41,276 nt of DNA from a virus: UHGV virus genome UHGV-0389628, one strand, 5' to 3'. The notes below the pieces were generated by a model, which was not told the DNA's origin, searched no databases, and saw only the letters and a program-made list of their open reading frames with translations. Positions 17,579-25,450 of this stretch are shown here, in pieces; within the stretch, counting starts at the first letter, position 1; the number at the start of each line of letters is the position of its first letter. The translations under genes were made by a program, and so were the position numbers.

Positions 17579-17617
17579 GACACGATCATGCTTGCCGGCG
17601 TTCGTGTCTTTTTTTAT
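17579..17617 (+). terminator. Plus-strand intrinsic terminator with no annotated plus-strand gene upstream
   Basis: Stem gacacga/tcgtgtc, 16-nt loop, then TTTTTTTAT. The minus orientation lacks a U-run. Confidence 0.5.
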
Positions 17618-17703
17618 TTTTCAAAATCACTAATTCTTGAATTATTTCTTCTCTCCTTTTGATATAATTTGAGTAAAAAGGTGTTAAAGCTAAAAGACTC
17701 ATT

Positions 17704-17805
17704 TTAATTGAAAAATTTTTCTTTAATAATCAAATACAAATTAATTATTATTGATCCAATCCCACAAAACATAATTAACAGAAATACAATATCGTCCTTA
17801 CTCAT
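17704..17805 (-). CDS. Tiny hydrophobic peptide (33 aa) MSKDDIVFLLIMFCGIGSIIINLYLIIKEKFFN
   Basis: GGGAGGG RBS 8 nt upstream; single predicted TM helix. Confidence 0.35.
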   Translation of the reverse strand: MSKDDIVFLLIMFCGIGSIIINLYLIIKEKFFN

Positions 17806-17978
17806 TAGTTAGTCCCTCCCGATTGGCTTTTTTGTTCCCAATCTTTTCTTCGCTCGATGTTCTGTTTTGCTAGAATCGTTGACTCGTTATGATGCCACCA
17901 ACGATCAGCGATAATTCTGCCAATTTGTAATACTTATTTTCTACTCATGTGAAACTTATTTGATTGACAAAGTATTAC

Positions 17979-18120
17979 CTATTTTGAATAAATCATTAGA
18001 AAAATTGTAAGCATTAGACATACTAGAACCGCATAGGATGTATACCAGTATTCGCCGCGTTTTCTCATGTAGTTATTTACTAAAACGGCCACGAGATAAA
18101 CACCTAATAAACAGAACCAC
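17979..18120 (-). CDS. Small membrane protein (about 47 aa, GTG start; alternative ATG at 18173)
   Basis: AGGGAGG RBS before the GTG; two hydrophobic segments. Confidence 0.4.
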
Positions 18121-18123
18121 ACT

Positions 18124-18297
18124 TTAGTCAGCCTCCCTGGTTGGCTTTTTTGTTTTGTACTCAGCTTCATCAAGCCCCATAAAAATCCAGACCATGTAAA
18201 CGATCGTTCCTATCAACGCTTGCCTGCTTCCCCAAAGTCCTAAAGCGTAGATGATTAGCGGTGCGCTGAACACTAATGCTCTATTAAATTTTCCCAT
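18124..18297 (-). CDS. Small membrane protein (57 aa) MGKFNRALVFSAPLIIYALGLWGSRQALIGTIVYMVWIFMGLDEAEYKTKKPTREAD
   Basis: AAGGAGG RBS. Its last 10 codons (TKKPTREAD) plus the downstream RBS are duplicated as a start-less remnant at about 17809-17880. Confidence 0.5.
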   Translation of the reverse strand: MGKFNRALVFSAPLIIYALGLWGSRQALIGTIVYMVWIFMGLDEAEYKTKKPTREAD

Positions 18298-18309
18298 CCG
18301 TTTACCTCC

Positions 18310-18537
18310 TTAGACTTTATATTTCGACATGAATTCATCGATATCTTTGATGTCGTATTTCGGACGGCTGTTTTCACCGAAGATGATTACTTTCAACCCT
18401 TTTTTTACCCATTCGTTAATAGTTCCTGCTGAAGTACCTGTATAATGAACCGCTTCTCTTTGATTCAAGTAACGTTTAGGAACGTAGCCTATAAGAAATG
18501 AATCTAAATCATTTTTGTTGATTAGTTCTTGTGTCAT
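18310..18537 (-). CDS. HTH_17 / excisionase-family DNA-binding protein (75 aa)
   Basis: YLNQREAVHYTGTSAGTINEWVKKG helix-turn-helix; RBS AGGAGGG. Confidence 0.55.
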   Translation of the reverse strand: MTQELINKNDLDSFLIGYVPKRYLNQREAVHYTGTSAGTINEWVKKGLKVIIFGENSRPKYDIKDIDEFMSKYKV

Positions 18538-18550
18538 TTCGTTTTCCCTC

Positions 18551-18751
18551 CTATCGAATTTTATGATCGCGAATAACTTCCAGAATAAAGGCGTTAACAG
18601 CTGGGCCTTTATCTTTTCCACTTAAAACACGCTGAATCCAAGTTCTCGATCTACCATATGCAGTGGCCAAATCGTATTCTGAAATATTATTTGCTTTCAT
18701 AAATTCTTTGATGGCTTCCCGCCCATTATCGATATTACTCACTTCACACAC
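18551..18751 (-). CDS. cro: Cro-like XRE-family HTH regulator
   Basis: ISEYDLATAYGRSRTWIQRVLSG HTH; divergent from the cI-like gene. Confidence 0.7.
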   Translation of the reverse strand: MCEVSNIDNGREAIKEFMKANNISEYDLATAYGRSRTWIQRVLSGKDKGPAVNAFILEVIRDHKIR

Positions 18752-18799
18752 TTCCTTTCTTTTTATTTAAAAAGAAAATTGGATAGAAAAGTATATTTT

Positions 18800-18995
18800 T
18801 AGTTGACTGCAAACCATACTATAGTGTAGTATATAGCCATAGTTAAATAAGCATATAACAAGCCTTTTTATCGCACTCGGTCGCCAAACTTAATGCTATA
18901 AGGTGTGTTTTTACTTTGCTTTTTTTCTATCCAATTAACTTACAAAACCAATATACACTATAGTGTTGTTTAGGTCAACACAAAACTACACTTTT
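18800..18995. promoter_or_regulatory. Genetic switch region: divergent promoters and operator repeats
   Basis: TTGACT at 18803. atactatagtgt at 18814 and the perfect 12-bp palindrome acactatagtgt at 18955. agtgtagt/actacact inverted pair at 18823/18983. Confidence 0.5.
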
Positions 18996-19033
18996 TTATT
19001 GGTTTTTTGTAAAGAAAAAAGGAGAATGCTGGT

Positions 19034-19357
19034 ATGACAGTATTTGAGCGGATAAAATTTCTTGCAAAAAAACATTCAAAAACAATGAAACAAGTAACAA
19101 TTGATTTAGGATACAGTGAAAACTATTTCTATAGTTTAAAAAGTGGAAAACAACCATCCGCTGAAAAGCTTACTGAAATTGCTAATTATTTCAATGTATC
19201 TGTAGACTATCTTTTGGGCCGCGAAGAAAAACAATCGCCTAAACATGTGGATTTATCAGAAGATGATACTGTATTTTCTTTTGACGGAAAAGAAATATCT
19301 AAGGAGACAATGCGTAAAGCGATTGCAATTGCTAAAGCTTTAGAAGAAAATGAATAG
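19034..19357 (+). CDS. ImmR/cI-like XRE-family repressor (HTH only, no peptidase domain)
   Basis: IDLGYSENYFYSLKSGKQPSAEKLTEIANYFNVSVDYLLG HTH; RBS GGAGAA. Confidence 0.8.
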   Translation: MTVFERIKFLAKKHSKTMKQVTIDLGYSENYFYSLKSGKQPSAEKLTEIANYFNVSVDYLLGREEKQSPKHVDLSEDDTVFSFDGKEISKETMRKAIAIAKALEENE

Positions 19358-19362
19358 TTGGA

Positions 19363-19797
19363 GTGATGGGTTGTATGTATTTAAAGTTGAAAGAAATGCT
19401 GAGTGAGTATAATTTAAAGTTAATCTATATGGAAATGGAAGAACCAGGTTTTTATTATCCAAAACCAAGAATAGTATTTTTGAATGAAAAACTACACGAA
19501 GACAGTTCTGAAGCTTTTCATTTAGCCCACGAGCTCGGTCATTTCATTGCTTCACATTTTGAATATTCAGTACTGTACGATAACTCTACAACTTTTCATT
19601 CAAAATTCGAAACTGAAGCTGATAGAATCGCAATTATGATTTTACTAAATATCTTTATTGAGAACGAACTGACTGATGAAACTCAGTTCAAATTAGAAAA
19701 TTTCATGGAGTTCTATTCTATCAATAATAAGTTAAGAACAGAATGTTTTAATGTTTGCCAGTCTTATTTCAAGAAAAAATACTCTTATGCACAGTAA
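19363..19797 (+). CDS. immA: ImmA/IrrE-family metalloprotease (anti-repressor protease)
   Basis: HELGHF HEXXH motif; directly follows the repressor, as in ImmR–ImmA pairs. Confidence 0.8.
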   Translation: MMGCMYLKLKEMLSEYNLKLIYMEMEEPGFYYPKPRIVFLNEKLHEDSSEAFHLAHELGHFIASHFEYSVLYDNSTTFHSKFETEADRIAIMILLNIFIENELTDETQFKLENFMEFYSINNKLRTECFNVCQSYFKKKYSYAQ

Positions 19798-19883
19798 AAA
19801 AAGCCCGTGCTGCAACACGGACTAAAATCTCGTTTCTAAGATCCTACATATAAATAATATCATAGGAATGAGGAGTAAAAAAG

Positions 19884-21704
19884 TTGTTAGAGAAAGAAAA
19901 TATAAAAAGAAACAAAGGAAAGAGCAAAATAATGAAAAAGAAAAAAGGTACACAATTATCCATTGATTCACCAAACTGGTTATTAATTATTATAGTTTTA
20001 TGTTTTGCAGCTTTTATAATGGTATCACCCCAAGTATATCTTCATAGTGTTATATTAGGGAATGATATTATGTTTCATTTTAATAGGTTTTATGAAACTT
20101 ATATGCAGATAAAAACCGGTAATTTTAATTTCTTTCAATCCCTGTATTCTTTTCAGAGTTCTGGCAGAATTATTACTGCTTTTTATGGCGCAGATTTCGC
20201 TTATTTGCAAGGGCTACTTTTAATAATCTTAAAATCATGGTTTAAATATCAACTTGTCTCCTCTTTCAGTTGCTTTTTTATAGCTGGCGCTTCGATGTTT
20301 TGGCTAACTTATAAGTGTAAAGTACGAACTAACATAGGATTAATCATTGCTTTGTTGTACATGTCTTCATCAGCAGTTTCGTATTATCCTATTGCTCAAG
20401 CTTTTACTGGTTGGGGTGCTGCTTTAATGCCGCTTCTTTTTGTTCCAGCAATTGAAGCATTAAAAAATAAAGAAAGACCTATTCGTCCATTGCAACTTGC
20501 AATCCCTGTAACTTTATTACTGTCTACTCATTTACTTTCATTAGTAATTGGAATATTAGCTATTTTACCTTTTTATGTTATTGCTTTTATTAATACAAAA
20601 AATAAACTGAACATGATTTTTCGCTTAGTAGAATCTATAGGGTTAACCATGCTATTTTCTGCTAATACAATAATTGGATTTATAGATGTCTATCTAACTA
20701 ATAAAATATTATCCCCTTCTCCGATAAGTCAAATGTTGAGCCAAAGTATGAGTTTCTCGTTGGAAGGAAACTCTTGGGGAAATTATGGTCTAGTATTTAC
20801 TGCAATTTTCTTTGCTGTAATAATATATTTCTTTTTAAATTGGGCTAAAACTAGTCTTACTTCAAAAGTAATCGTTATTGTTGGAGCCTTTTTTATGTTA
20901 CTTTCTTCAAAATTGTTACCTTGGAACTCTATCCCTCATATGTTTAAATTTGTTTCATTTTTCCAATTTCCACAAAGATTCTCAGTCATTGCTTTTGTTT
21001 TACTTTTATTATCATTTGCTCTTATATTGCAAGAATCAAAACTACTTAAAGATGTTGACAAAAAGTACTATATATTAACTTTACTGTGTGCTCTATTTTC
21101 AATATTTAATGTATATAACCTTATGTATGACCAATCTTGGCACTGGAATACAAATGATCCCACCGCTGCAGGAAACAATAAAAGTTCTATGGTTGAAAAA
21201 GATCCTCAAAAGTTAAGGGAAGCCTTTTATAATAAAGATTTAAATATTGCATTGAAAGCAATCCAAAAAGGAACTCCTGACTATTTGCCTGTACAAAAAA
21301 ATTTAGAATCATCAGATGTATTAAAACAAAACCCTTATGAATTGTATACAAACCAAATAATAAATAACAATGTACATTTTAATAAGACTGTAACTAGTGA
21401 TTCTAAACTTCGTTTAACTTGGACTAATAATTCAAATGAGGAATCCGATATTCAATTGCCTATAATAATTTATAATCATAGTACAGTAACTTTGAATGGT
21501 AAAAAATTAACTCCAAACGAAATTAAAACTACTCAAATTGGAGCTGCTATTGTTGCATCGAGTCCAGGAAAAAATACTTTAGTTATCGGTTATAAGCCAT
21601 TTGTTTTATTTAAAATAGCCTTTCCAATAAAAATATTGTCTATACTTTCAACTATCATTTATGTCATCTACAAGTATAAAAAAACAAAAATAATCGAAAT
21701 ATAA
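19884..21704 (+). CDS. Polytopic membrane protein, YfhO-like GT-C glycosyltransferase (putative cell-wall teichoic acid glycosylation / lysogenic conversion)
   Basis: 606 aa with about 12 predicted TM helices, then a soluble C-terminal domain with a final TM. Has a GNDIMFHFNRF motif in the first loop. Extremely AT-rich relative to the rest of the genome. Family assignment is from memory. Confidence 0.5.
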   Translation: MLEKENIKRNKGKSKIMKKKKGTQLSIDSPNWLLIIIVLCFAAFIMVSPQVYLHSVILGNDIMFHFNRFYETYMQIKTGNFNFFQSLYSFQSSGRIITAFYGADFAYLQGLLLIILKSWFKYQLVSSFSCFFIAGASMFWLTYKCKVRTNIGLIIALLYMSSSAVSYYPIAQAFTGWGAALMPLLFVPAIEALKNKERPIRPLQLAIPVTLLLSTHLLSLVIGILAILPFYVIAFINTKNKLNMIFRLVESIGLTMLFSANTIIGFIDVYLTNKILSPSPISQMLSQSMSFSLEGNSWGNYGLVFTAIFFAVIIYFFLNWAKTSLTSKVIVIVGAFFMLLSSKLLPWNSIPHMFKFVSFFQFPQRFSVIAFVLLLLSFALILQESKLLKDVDKKYYILTLLCALFSIFNVYNLMYDQSWHWNTNDPTAAGNNKSSMVEKDPQKLREAFYNKDLNIALKAIQKGTPDYLPVQKNLESSDVLKQNPYELYTNQIINNNVHFNKTVTSDSKLRLTWTNNSNEESDIQLPIIIYNHSTVTLNGKKLTPNEIKTTQIGAAIVASSPGKNTLVIGYKPFVLFKIAFPIKILSILSTIIYVIYKYKKTKIIEI

Positions 21705-21729
21705 AAATTACAAAAGATTAATATGTTAT

Positions 21730-21942
21730 GTGATGATACGCAAACAACCAGACGTGGAAGAAGGGGAAATAGCAGCTGTAGTAATCAACGGCGACAATGA
21801 AGCGACGTTGAAAAGAGTTAAAAGACAAAATGGGTTAACGATGTTGATACCGGATAACACAGATTATAAGCCTTATATCATAACAGAATCAAACCCCGCT
21901 ACAATATTAGGTAAAGCGGTAAAAGTTAGTTTTAATCTATAA
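21730..21942 (+). pseudogene. Remnant of a LexA/cI-type S24 peptidase C-terminal domain (lacks Ser-nucleophile region and HTH)
   Basis: GEIAAVVINGDNEATLKRVKRQNGLTMLIPDNTDYKPYI…ILGKAVKV matches the S24 C-terminal pattern including the catalytic Lys. No RBS precedes it. Confidence 0.5.
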
Positions 21943-22017
21943 AAAATACCCCAGTCGGAGTTGGCGCTCCGGCTAGGGGTTAGTATTTATTATCATAGTA
22001 GAAAGAAGGAAAAGAAT

Positions 22018-22224
22018 ATGCCAAGTTACGTTGTATTGCAAGTTGTATTAAAAGAAAAATTTATAGGAAAAGGGTCGCAAAACCTATCAGAACTTGAAAA
22101 CACTATAAATAGACAGTGTTCTAAAGGTTATCGATTACACACTATTTCCACTACAAACGGTGGTAGTAAAGGTTTCGGTGGTGGCGATAGAATCCAAGCT
22201 ACTTTAGTTTTCGAAAGTCTGTAA
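22018..22224 (+). CDS. DUF4177-like small protein (68 aa; start MPSYVVLQV)
   Basis: KGYRLHTISTTNGG…ATLVFES pattern; RBS AGAAGGAAAAG. A minus-oriented terminator hairpin follows at 22236-22260. Confidence 0.5.
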   Translation: MPSYVVLQVVLKEKFIGKGSQNLSELENTINRQCSKGYRLHTISTTNGGSKGFGGGDRIQATLVFESL

Positions 22225-22335
22225 AATAAAAAAACACGCCCCACCGACCAAAGCGAGCGTGTTCTAAGAAAAACAAACCTACACAATAGGCTTATTTATA
22301 GTGCTTATTGTATCAAAGAAAGTGAGTAGATTCAA

Positions 22336-23478
22336 TTGGCTACATTTGAACAGTATAAGAAAAAGAACGGCGAAAAAGCGTGGAAGTTCCAAGCTTATTT
22401 AGGAATCAATCCAGAAACAGGAAATTCTGTTAAAACTACTCGTCGAAATTTTAAAACTCAACGTGAAGCAAAATTAGCGCTTGCAAGATTGCAAAGTGAA
22501 TATGAAAACAATTTATTAAAAAAAGAAAAGCCAAAAACCTATAGAGACGTATATGATTTATGGATGACTGAATACAAAAGAACAGTACGAGGATCTACAT
22601 TATTAAAAACAGAAAGAATTTTTAAAAATCATGTATTAGAAGAACTCGGCGACATATATATTTCTGAAATCACGCCTATCAAAATTCAAAAATTAATGGA
22701 TAAATGGGCAAATAAATATGATACAGCTCCTAAAATGATGAATTACACAGGACTAGTTTTTAAATACGCCGTTCGATTTGGTATAATAGAGGCCAATCCT
22801 ACAGATGCCATACGCAAACCGAAAAGAAGGAAAAAAGCAACAGTTGAAGAACCATTCTATGATAAAAAACAATTGAAATTGTTTCTTGATGAACTATATA
22901 ATCAGCCAAACCTAAAGATTCAAGCTTTTTTTAGATTACTAGCTATGACTGGTATGCGAAAACAAGAAGCAGGCGCTCTTGAGTGGAGAGATATAGATTT
23001 CAAGGCTAAAACAGTCAATATCTATAAAGCCGTTACTAGAACTGCAAATGGACTAGAAATTGATACAACCAAAACGGTTGGCTCTAGCCGAATAATTTCA
23101 ATCGATCAAGGTACTTTAGACAAGCTTAATGAATGGAAAAAAGTTGCCCTTCCTCCATCTGATGATTGGTTGATTTTCGGTCAAACTAATGCTAAAAATC
23201 CACACGATATAATGAGCCTTGATACATCACGAAAATGGCTTTTGAGTATACAAGACAAAATGGACAAGAAGCAAAAGAAAAAACTACCTAGAATTACTGT
23301 ACATGGATTTAGACATACTCAAGCAAGCTTGTTGATCGAAATGGGAGCATCGCTTAAAGAAGTACAGTTTCGTTTAGGTCACGAGGATATTCAAACTACT
23401 ATGAACACGTACGCTCATGTATCAAAACTTGCTAAAGAACAATTAGCAGATAAGTTCAATAAATTTATAGATTTCTAA
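22336..23478 (+). CDS. int: Tyrosine integrase (TTG start)
   Basis: HGFRHTQASLLIEMG…LGHEDIQTTMNTYAHV catalytic R-H-R-Y region; N-terminal SAM-like domain. Confidence 0.9.
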   Translation: MATFEQYKKKNGEKAWKFQAYLGINPETGNSVKTTRRNFKTQREAKLALARLQSEYENNLLKKEKPKTYRDVYDLWMTEYKRTVRGSTLLKTERIFKNHVLEELGDIYISEITPIKIQKLMDKWANKYDTAPKMMNYTGLVFKYAVRFGIIEANPTDAIRKPKRRKKATVEEPFYDKKQLKLFLDELYNQPNLKIQAFFRLLAMTGMRKQEAGALEWRDIDFKAKTVNIYKAVTRTANGLEIDTTKTVGSSRIISIDQGTLDKLNEWKKVALPPSDDWLIFGQTNAKNPHDIMSLDTSRKWLLSIQDKMDKKQKKKLPRITVHGFRHTQASLLIEMGASLKEVQFRLGHEDIQTTMNTYAHVSKLAKEQLADKFNKFIDF

Positions 23479-23483
23479 CTATG

Positions 23484-23510
23484 TGGCATTCAAAATGGCA
23501 TTCAATTAAA
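23484..23510 (+). repeat. Tandem 12-bp direct repeats (ggcattcaaaat ×2): candidate integrase arm-type sites
   Basis: Immediately 3' of int. The same repeat pair recurs at 23652-23681, flanking a 140-bp segment that contains an imperfect inverted repeat (gcatttaagca / tgcttaaatcc). Confidence 0.45.
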
Positions 23511-23651
23511 TTTAAGTATTGATATAATAGCATTTAAGCAACTCCCGCCGTCTCCATTGTGAGATTTCACCAGATTTCGTTAGATGCTTAAATCCTTATT
23601 TTATAAGGGTTTGAGCATTTTTTATTTTCGCAGATTTTCATTAAATGAATG

Positions 23652-23681
23652 AAAATGGCATTCAAAATGGCATTCAAAAAG
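23652..23681 (+). repeat. Second pair of the aatggcattcaa direct repeats (candidate arm-type sites)
   Basis: Same orientation as the first pair, about 165 bp away. Confidence 0.45.
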
Positions 23682-23778
23682 AACACTTTTTAATATATAT
23701 GTTCCATCCATATTATCAATGATATTCCTACTTTACAAAAAGAACATTAGTTCGTATACTCTTTTTGAGGTGAACATT

Positions 23779-24081
23779 ATGTTGATGGAAGGAAAAACAC
23801 AATTATGGTTTAAATTTGATCCTTCGAATAGATTTGTCAAAGATTTTTATAAGGTGTGGGATTCAGAAGTTTTCTTTTTAGCAATCGAAGATAGCTTATT
23901 AATCAATCTCTACTATTCTAATAAGAACTATTTCAAAATTCCTGCTGCGAAAACTAGAATGAAGAAGGATGTATACTTTTTGTTTGATATCGTGACTGAC
24001 GTGCCAGACGCACGAAGCGATCATCGGTGTTATGACTATATAAAGTATACTTTCGTTGATCCAGAAAGGTATAAAGATTAA
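23779..24081 (+). CDS. Hypothetical protein (100 aa; start MLMEGKTQLWFKF, RBS GAGGTGA)
   Basis: AT-rich moron between int/att and the lysis module, followed by a terminator hairpin (24084-24103). Confidence 0.5.
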   Translation: MLMEGKTQLWFKFDPSNRFVKDFYKVWDSEVFFLAIEDSLLINLYYSNKNYFKIPAAKTRMKKDVYFLFDIVTDVPDARSDHRCYDYIKYTFVDPERYKD

Positions 24082-24313
24082 AATAGGCTACCTAAAAAGG
24101 TAGCCCGGAACGGATTTTATCACCATACTTATGAAAGGAGAATTTTTTTAAGGTTAGTATTAAGATTGTGTAATATGATGATATCTATATTTTATAGTAT
24201 CAGTGCTATAAAATCAAAAATAAGTCACTAATTAACTATCACTCCAATTATAAGTCTTTTTCCCATTATTTTTTACAGTTATATGGTATGCTGTTTAATA
24301 GCTTCAAATATAA

Positions 24314-24372
24314 AAGAGTTTAAAGCGTAACACACTTATGGGGAAGTGGTTTGGGGTGCGCTTTAAACTCTT
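24314..24372. other. Large hairpin: 14-bp stem (aagagtttaaagcg/cgctttaaactctt) with 31-nt G-rich loop containing TGGGGAAG
   Basis: Perfect inverted repeat. On the minus strand the loop is C-rich (CUUCCCCAUAAG…CACCCCAAACC). Confidence 0.45.
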
Positions 24373-24498
24373 CTTTATTATTATCTCACAATTTAACCCA
24401 AATGTCTTTCTATTTTAAAAATCAAAGTAAAACTTTTCAAATATACAGAAGTATAACTATGTGAAACATCCTTTCATTAATCCATAAAAGGATACATA

Positions 24499-24522
24499 AA
24501 AAAGCCACTCATTTGAGTGGCA
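24499..24522 (-). terminator. Intrinsic terminator following the tRNA-like fragment (gccacuc-aaau-gaguggc + UUUUUU)
   Basis: 7-bp GC-rich stem plus a U6 run on the minus strand. Confidence 0.6.
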
Positions 24523-24532
24523 ATGAAGAAAA

Positions 24533-24583
24533 GCTCCGGACGGTTATGAGCCGTCTGCTCTAACCAACTGAGCTAAGGGTACG
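24533..24583 (-). tRNA. tRNA-Ile(CAU)/Met-like 5' fragment (acceptor 5' arm through variable loop; no T-arm or 3' acceptor) – pseudo-tRNA / att-associated remnant
   Basis: The minus strand reads CCTTAGCTCAGTTGGTTAGAGCAGACGGCTCATAACCGTCCGGAG. It has a D-arm GCTC/GAGC, an anticodon stem GACGG/CCGTC and loop CTCATAA (anticodon CAT). It is nearly identical to the tRNA-Ile2(CAU) 5' half as recalled from Bacillus. The sequence beyond position about 48 is unrelated. Confidence 0.6.
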
Positions 24584-24768
24584 GAAATCCACCACAACTC
24601 CTGCAAACAAAAAGAATGGACCTGAGAAAAGATAAATTATTTTTTTCATTCTTTACGTTGCGGTAGCATCTTTATTATTACATATTTAATAGCAAAAAAC
24701 TAGGTTGTACTTATTCTTTGTAGAATATATTATTTTATGCTATTATTTCTAAGTCATAAAAAGAAAAA

Positions 24769-24830
24769 GCTTCAGATACTTATCTTTTGGGGAAAGACTC
24801 TAGGGTTAGGAGGTATCTGAAGCTTTTTTC
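24769..24830. terminator. Bidirectional hairpin/terminator: 11-bp stem (gcttcagatac/gtatctgaagc), 33-nt loop with TTGGGGAAAG, T-runs on both sides
   Basis: On the minus strand the loop reads …CCUCCUAACCCUAGAGUCUUUCCCCAAAAG (contains CCUCC) and is followed by UUUUUCUUUUU. Confidence 0.5.
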
Positions 24831-24970
24831 TATGTTTATTATCTCACATAGTTATTTTTTAGTCTATTATTTGATTAGATTTTTTATATTATAATAATTT
24901 TATTTGCTCCTTAATTAGTAACGAACTACTCTAAATTGCTAGCAATAATTACGGTATCTAGCTTAAAATA

Positions 24971-24994
24971 AAAAAACACCTCAAATGAGGTGTT
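24971..24994 (-). terminator. Intrinsic terminator of csp
   Basis: Stem aacaccuc/gagguguu, loop auuu, then UUUUUAUUUU on the minus strand. Confidence 0.7.
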
Positions 24995-25006
24995 TAAAGT
25001 TCAACA

Positions 25007-25204
25007 TTATTTTACAATATTTACTGCTTGAGGGCCACGTTGACCTTCTTCAATATCATAAGTAACTGCTTGGCCTTCATCTAAAGACTTGAAGCCTTCT
25101 CCCTGGATCGCTGAGAAATGTGCAAATACGTCATTTCCATCTTCTCCAGTGATAAATCCAAAACCTTTGTCTGAGTTAAACCATTTTACTGTACCGTTAT
25201 TCAT
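25007..25204 (-). CDS. csp: Cold-shock protein (CspA family, 65 aa)
   Basis: [65 protein letters not shown] with RNP1/RNP2 motifs. RBS AGGAGGAAAT; own terminator; long AT-rich 5' region. Confidence 0.9.
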   Translation of the reverse strand: MNNGTVKWFNSDKGFGFITGEDGNDVFAHFSAIQGEGFKSLDEGQAVTYDIEEGQRGPQAVNIVK

Positions 25205-25450
25205 ATATATTTCCTCCTAATACGTATATAATACGTGTTTTGTTGCAATTAATATTACTTTGTAAAAGGAGTTTTTATAGTGTGAATATATCGCTCAGAT
25301 TACGTTTCAAATTAGATTACTTGTTTAGTATAACACGAATGTAATGGTAACACAAGGCTAACACGATTTAATATAAAGAACTATATTTAAGCATTTAGAA
25401 GAGTTAATTGCAGAACGAAAATACAAATACAATACTGATTAAAATTAAAT

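Noticed and set aside
17979-18173. 64-aa ATG-initiated version of the second small membrane ORF
   Set aside because: It overlaps the upstream peptide gene by about 50 nt with only a weak GGGG RBS; the internal GTG has an AGGGAGG RBS. Kept as an alternative.
22236-22260. Hairpin aacacgc…gcgtgtt after the DUF4177 gene as its terminator
   Set aside because: The U-run is on the minus strand only (aaaaaaa precedes it on plus), so it is not a convincing plus-strand terminator for that gene; noted as a minus-oriented terminator of unclear target.
23484-23681. 12-bp tandem repeats as a CRISPR array
   Set aside because: Only two adjacent copies per site with no spacers between them and no cas genes; the layout fits integrase arm-type sites.
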